Origin: Mustelus asterias
Taxonomy: Eukaryota
Direction of reading: 5' to 3'
Assembly: GCF_964213995.1 (NCBI RefSeq)
Contig: NC_135801.1
Span: 28,706,001 to 28,770,000, forward strand
Length of the DNA: 64,000 bases
Part shown: piece by piece, positions 61,614 through 64,000 of the stretch
Layout of the letters: each line of letters opens with the position of its first letter
How positions within the stretch are numbered: the stretch's first letter is position 1
Notes under the pieces: model-generated
Database searches by the model: none
Seen by the model: only the letters and a program-made list of their open reading frames with translations
What the model was told of the DNA's origin: nothing
Made by a program: the position numbers and the translations under genes

Positions 61614-62803
61614 ACCTCCAGGGCAGGACTTACTCAGTTAATGGTAGGGCATTGGGGAGAGTTATAGAGATCTAGGGGTACAGGTTCATAGCTCCTTAAA
61701 AGTGGAGTCACAGGTAGACAGAGTGGTGAAAAAGGCATTCAGCATGCTTGGTTTCATTGGTCAGTAAGAAGTTTAACAACACCAGGTTAAAGTCCAACAG
61801 GTTTATTTGGTAGCAAAAGCCACACAAGCTTTCGGAGCTCCAAGCCCCTTCTTCAGGTGAGTGGGAATTCTGTTCACAAACAGGGCATATAAAGACAGAG
61901 ACTCAATTTACATGAATAATGGTTGGAATGCGAATACTTACAGCTAATCAAATCTTTAAGAAACAAAACAATGTGAGTGGAGAGAGCATCAAGACAGGCT
62001 AAAAAGATGTGTATTGTCTCCAGACCAGACAGCCAGTGAAACTCGGCAGGTCCAGGCAACTGTGGGGGTTACAGATAGTGTGACATGAACCCAATATCCT
62101 GGTTGAGGCCGTCCTCGTGTGCGGAACTTGGCTATCAGTTTCTGCTCAGCAACTCTGCGCCGTCGTGTGTCGTGAAGGCCGCCTTGGTCAGAACATTGAA
62201 TACAAGAGTTGGGACATCTTGTTGAAGTTGTACAAGACATTGATAAGGCTACACTTGAAATACTGTGTACAGTTCTGGTCACCCTATTATAGAAAGAATA
62301 TTATTAAACTAGAAAGAATGCAGGAAAGATTTACTAGGATGATACCAGGACTTGATGGTTTGAGTTATAAGGAGAGGCTGGATAGACTGGGACTTTTTTC
62401 CTGGAGCGTAGGAGACTTAGGGGTGATCTTATAGACGTCCATAAAATAATGAGGAACATAGATCAGTGAGATAGTCAACATCTTTTCCCAAAAGTAGGAG
62501 AGTCTAAAACTAGAGGGCATAAGTTTAAGGTGAGAGGGGTGAGATACAAAAGGGTCCAGAGGAGCAATTTTTTCAGACAGAGGGTGGTGAGTGTCTGGAA
62601 TGAGCTGCCAGAGATAATAGCAGAGGCGGGTACAATTTTTTCTTTTAAAAAGCATTTAGATAATTACATGGGTAATACGGGTATAGAGGGATATGGGCCG
62701 AACGCGGGCAATTGTGATTAGCTTAGTAGTTAAAAAAAAAGGGTGGCATGGACAAGTTGGGCCGAAGGGCCTGTTTCCATGGTCTATGACTCTATGACTA
62801 TAT
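61614..62803 (+). mobile_element. CR1 3' fragment split by a Penelope-like insertion
   Basis: IEYKSWDILLKLYKTLIRLHLKYCVQFWSPYY..NFFRQRVVSVWNELP; tail (ctatgact)n. Confidence 0.9.
61765..62183 (-). mobile_element. Penelope-like retroelement 3' fragment with hammerhead motif and 8-bp TSD
   Basis: RRRVAEQKLIAKFRT remnant; similar to 31237-31668; ttggtcag at 61757-61764 and 62184-62191. Confidence 0.82.
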
Positions 62804-63282
62804 GATGGTGAAATTCGTAACCCTTGTATATTTTAATTAAAGGACAAATGCAATGAGGTTGCACGTTACCTACTTGATGCGAGAGAATATCAGAAAATGG
62901 ATGGTGATCGCTCCACAATTTTCCATCCATTATTTTTTCAGCTGATGAAGTGAGGCTCAGCTCCTGGAGATCAAAAGCACAAAATCTGCCCCAAGTTTAA
63001 AAGCTTACTTTCAATATTAAAAGTTTCATTTCTTGAGGAAAAGCTGACAGCTAAAAAAAAAGTTGAAATTTTAATTTGAGTGGGTTTACTGTGCACCCAG
63101 CTATTCTTACTCTTTACCAAAAAAATTATATTGAATAAATTTGCACATTACCCAATCTGCTTTCAGAAATTTACAGCTTAAATTCATAAATTTAAATACA
63201 TTCTACCATGCTTAAGAGGGACGCAGAAGCCTAACGTTAAAGATGTCCTACAACAAATGTTATTATTTACTATGTGTAATCT

Positions 63283-63610
63283 AGGGCAACATGGCAACAC
63301 AGTGGTTAGCACTGCTGCCTCGCAGTGCCAAGGACCCAGGTTCAATTCCGGCCTTGGGTGGCTGTCTGTGGAGTTTGCACATTCTCCCCGTGGGTTTTCT
63401 CCGGGTGCTCCAGTTTCCTCCCACAGTCCAAAGATGTGCAGCTTAGGTGGATTAGCCATGCTAAATTGCCCCTTAGTGTCTCAAGGTATCGGTTAGGTAA
63501 ATTAGTGGGGTTATGAGGATAGGGCCTAGTTGGATGCTCTGTTGGAGAGTCGGTGCAGACTTGATGGGCCGAATGGCCTCCTTGTGCACAGTAGGATTCT
63601 GTGATTCTAT
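63283..63610 (+). mobile_element. SINE, tail type A
   Basis: Similar to 2236-2572. Confidence 0.85.
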
Positions 63611-64000
63611 CTTACATAGTTGAAGATAATGAGCCGGAAGTTCTTCGGCCTGGGAGAGCAATACATGCTGGCCAACTGAGGAGATGGGGATTTGAAACAG
63701 ATCTTTGCCTTTTTTCTTTTGAAGTTTGAAGTTTTGATGGGAGTAGGCTGTTATTTTGTGTGCCCCCAAGAGGCTGGCACATAGTGCTGAGTGGACCACT
63801 GTGCATGCGCCGATCTGTCAGTGCGGAGATCGGCATGCGCACTGACCGCCCCCCCCCCAACCCCTCTCCCCCATCACTGGCCTTCTCCACAACCCCCTGA
63901 TCGCTGGCCCCAATCTCCTCTCCCCCCCTCCTCCCCCCCCGGCCAGCCCAGATCTCCCCCCACCCCGGTCAGCCCTGCCACGCCCCTACACCCCCCCCCC

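Noticed and set aside
47300-64000. TBC1D9 exons expected from synteny
   Set aside because: None recognised; the region is dominated by repeats and the gene probably lies beyond the window.

Overview
Vertebrate genomic DNA, most likely a shark or other elasmobranch (inferred from HE1/V-SINE-like, Deu-domain SINE, CR1 and Penelope repeats). Two complete spliced genes lie tail-to-tail. ELMOD2 (+) has 8 coding exons at 16086-28558 (296 aa) and a probable non-coding first exon near 7.0 kb. A UCP-family mitochondrial carrier (-) has 6 coding exons at 43472-36655 (307 aa) and is called UCP1 from its adjacency to ELMOD2. The rest is mostly transposon debris (CR1, L2, RTE, Rex1/Babar, Gypsy, Penelope-like, several SINEs, MITEs). 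Main oddities: (1) the UCP1 stop codon lies just upstream of an in-frame DCAV* that matches the mammalian UCP1 C-terminus; (2) a candidate UCP1 leader exon carries a strong-context uORF, with two further upstream promoter-like regions; (3) the ELMOD2 promoter is expanded by minisatellites, one repeating the exon-1 splice donor about 69 times and split by a young CR1; (4) Penelope remnants carry minimal hammerhead ribozyme motifs and a perfect 46-bp hairpin. Exon coordinates were read by hand. Repeat boundaries and family names are approximate and were not database-checked.
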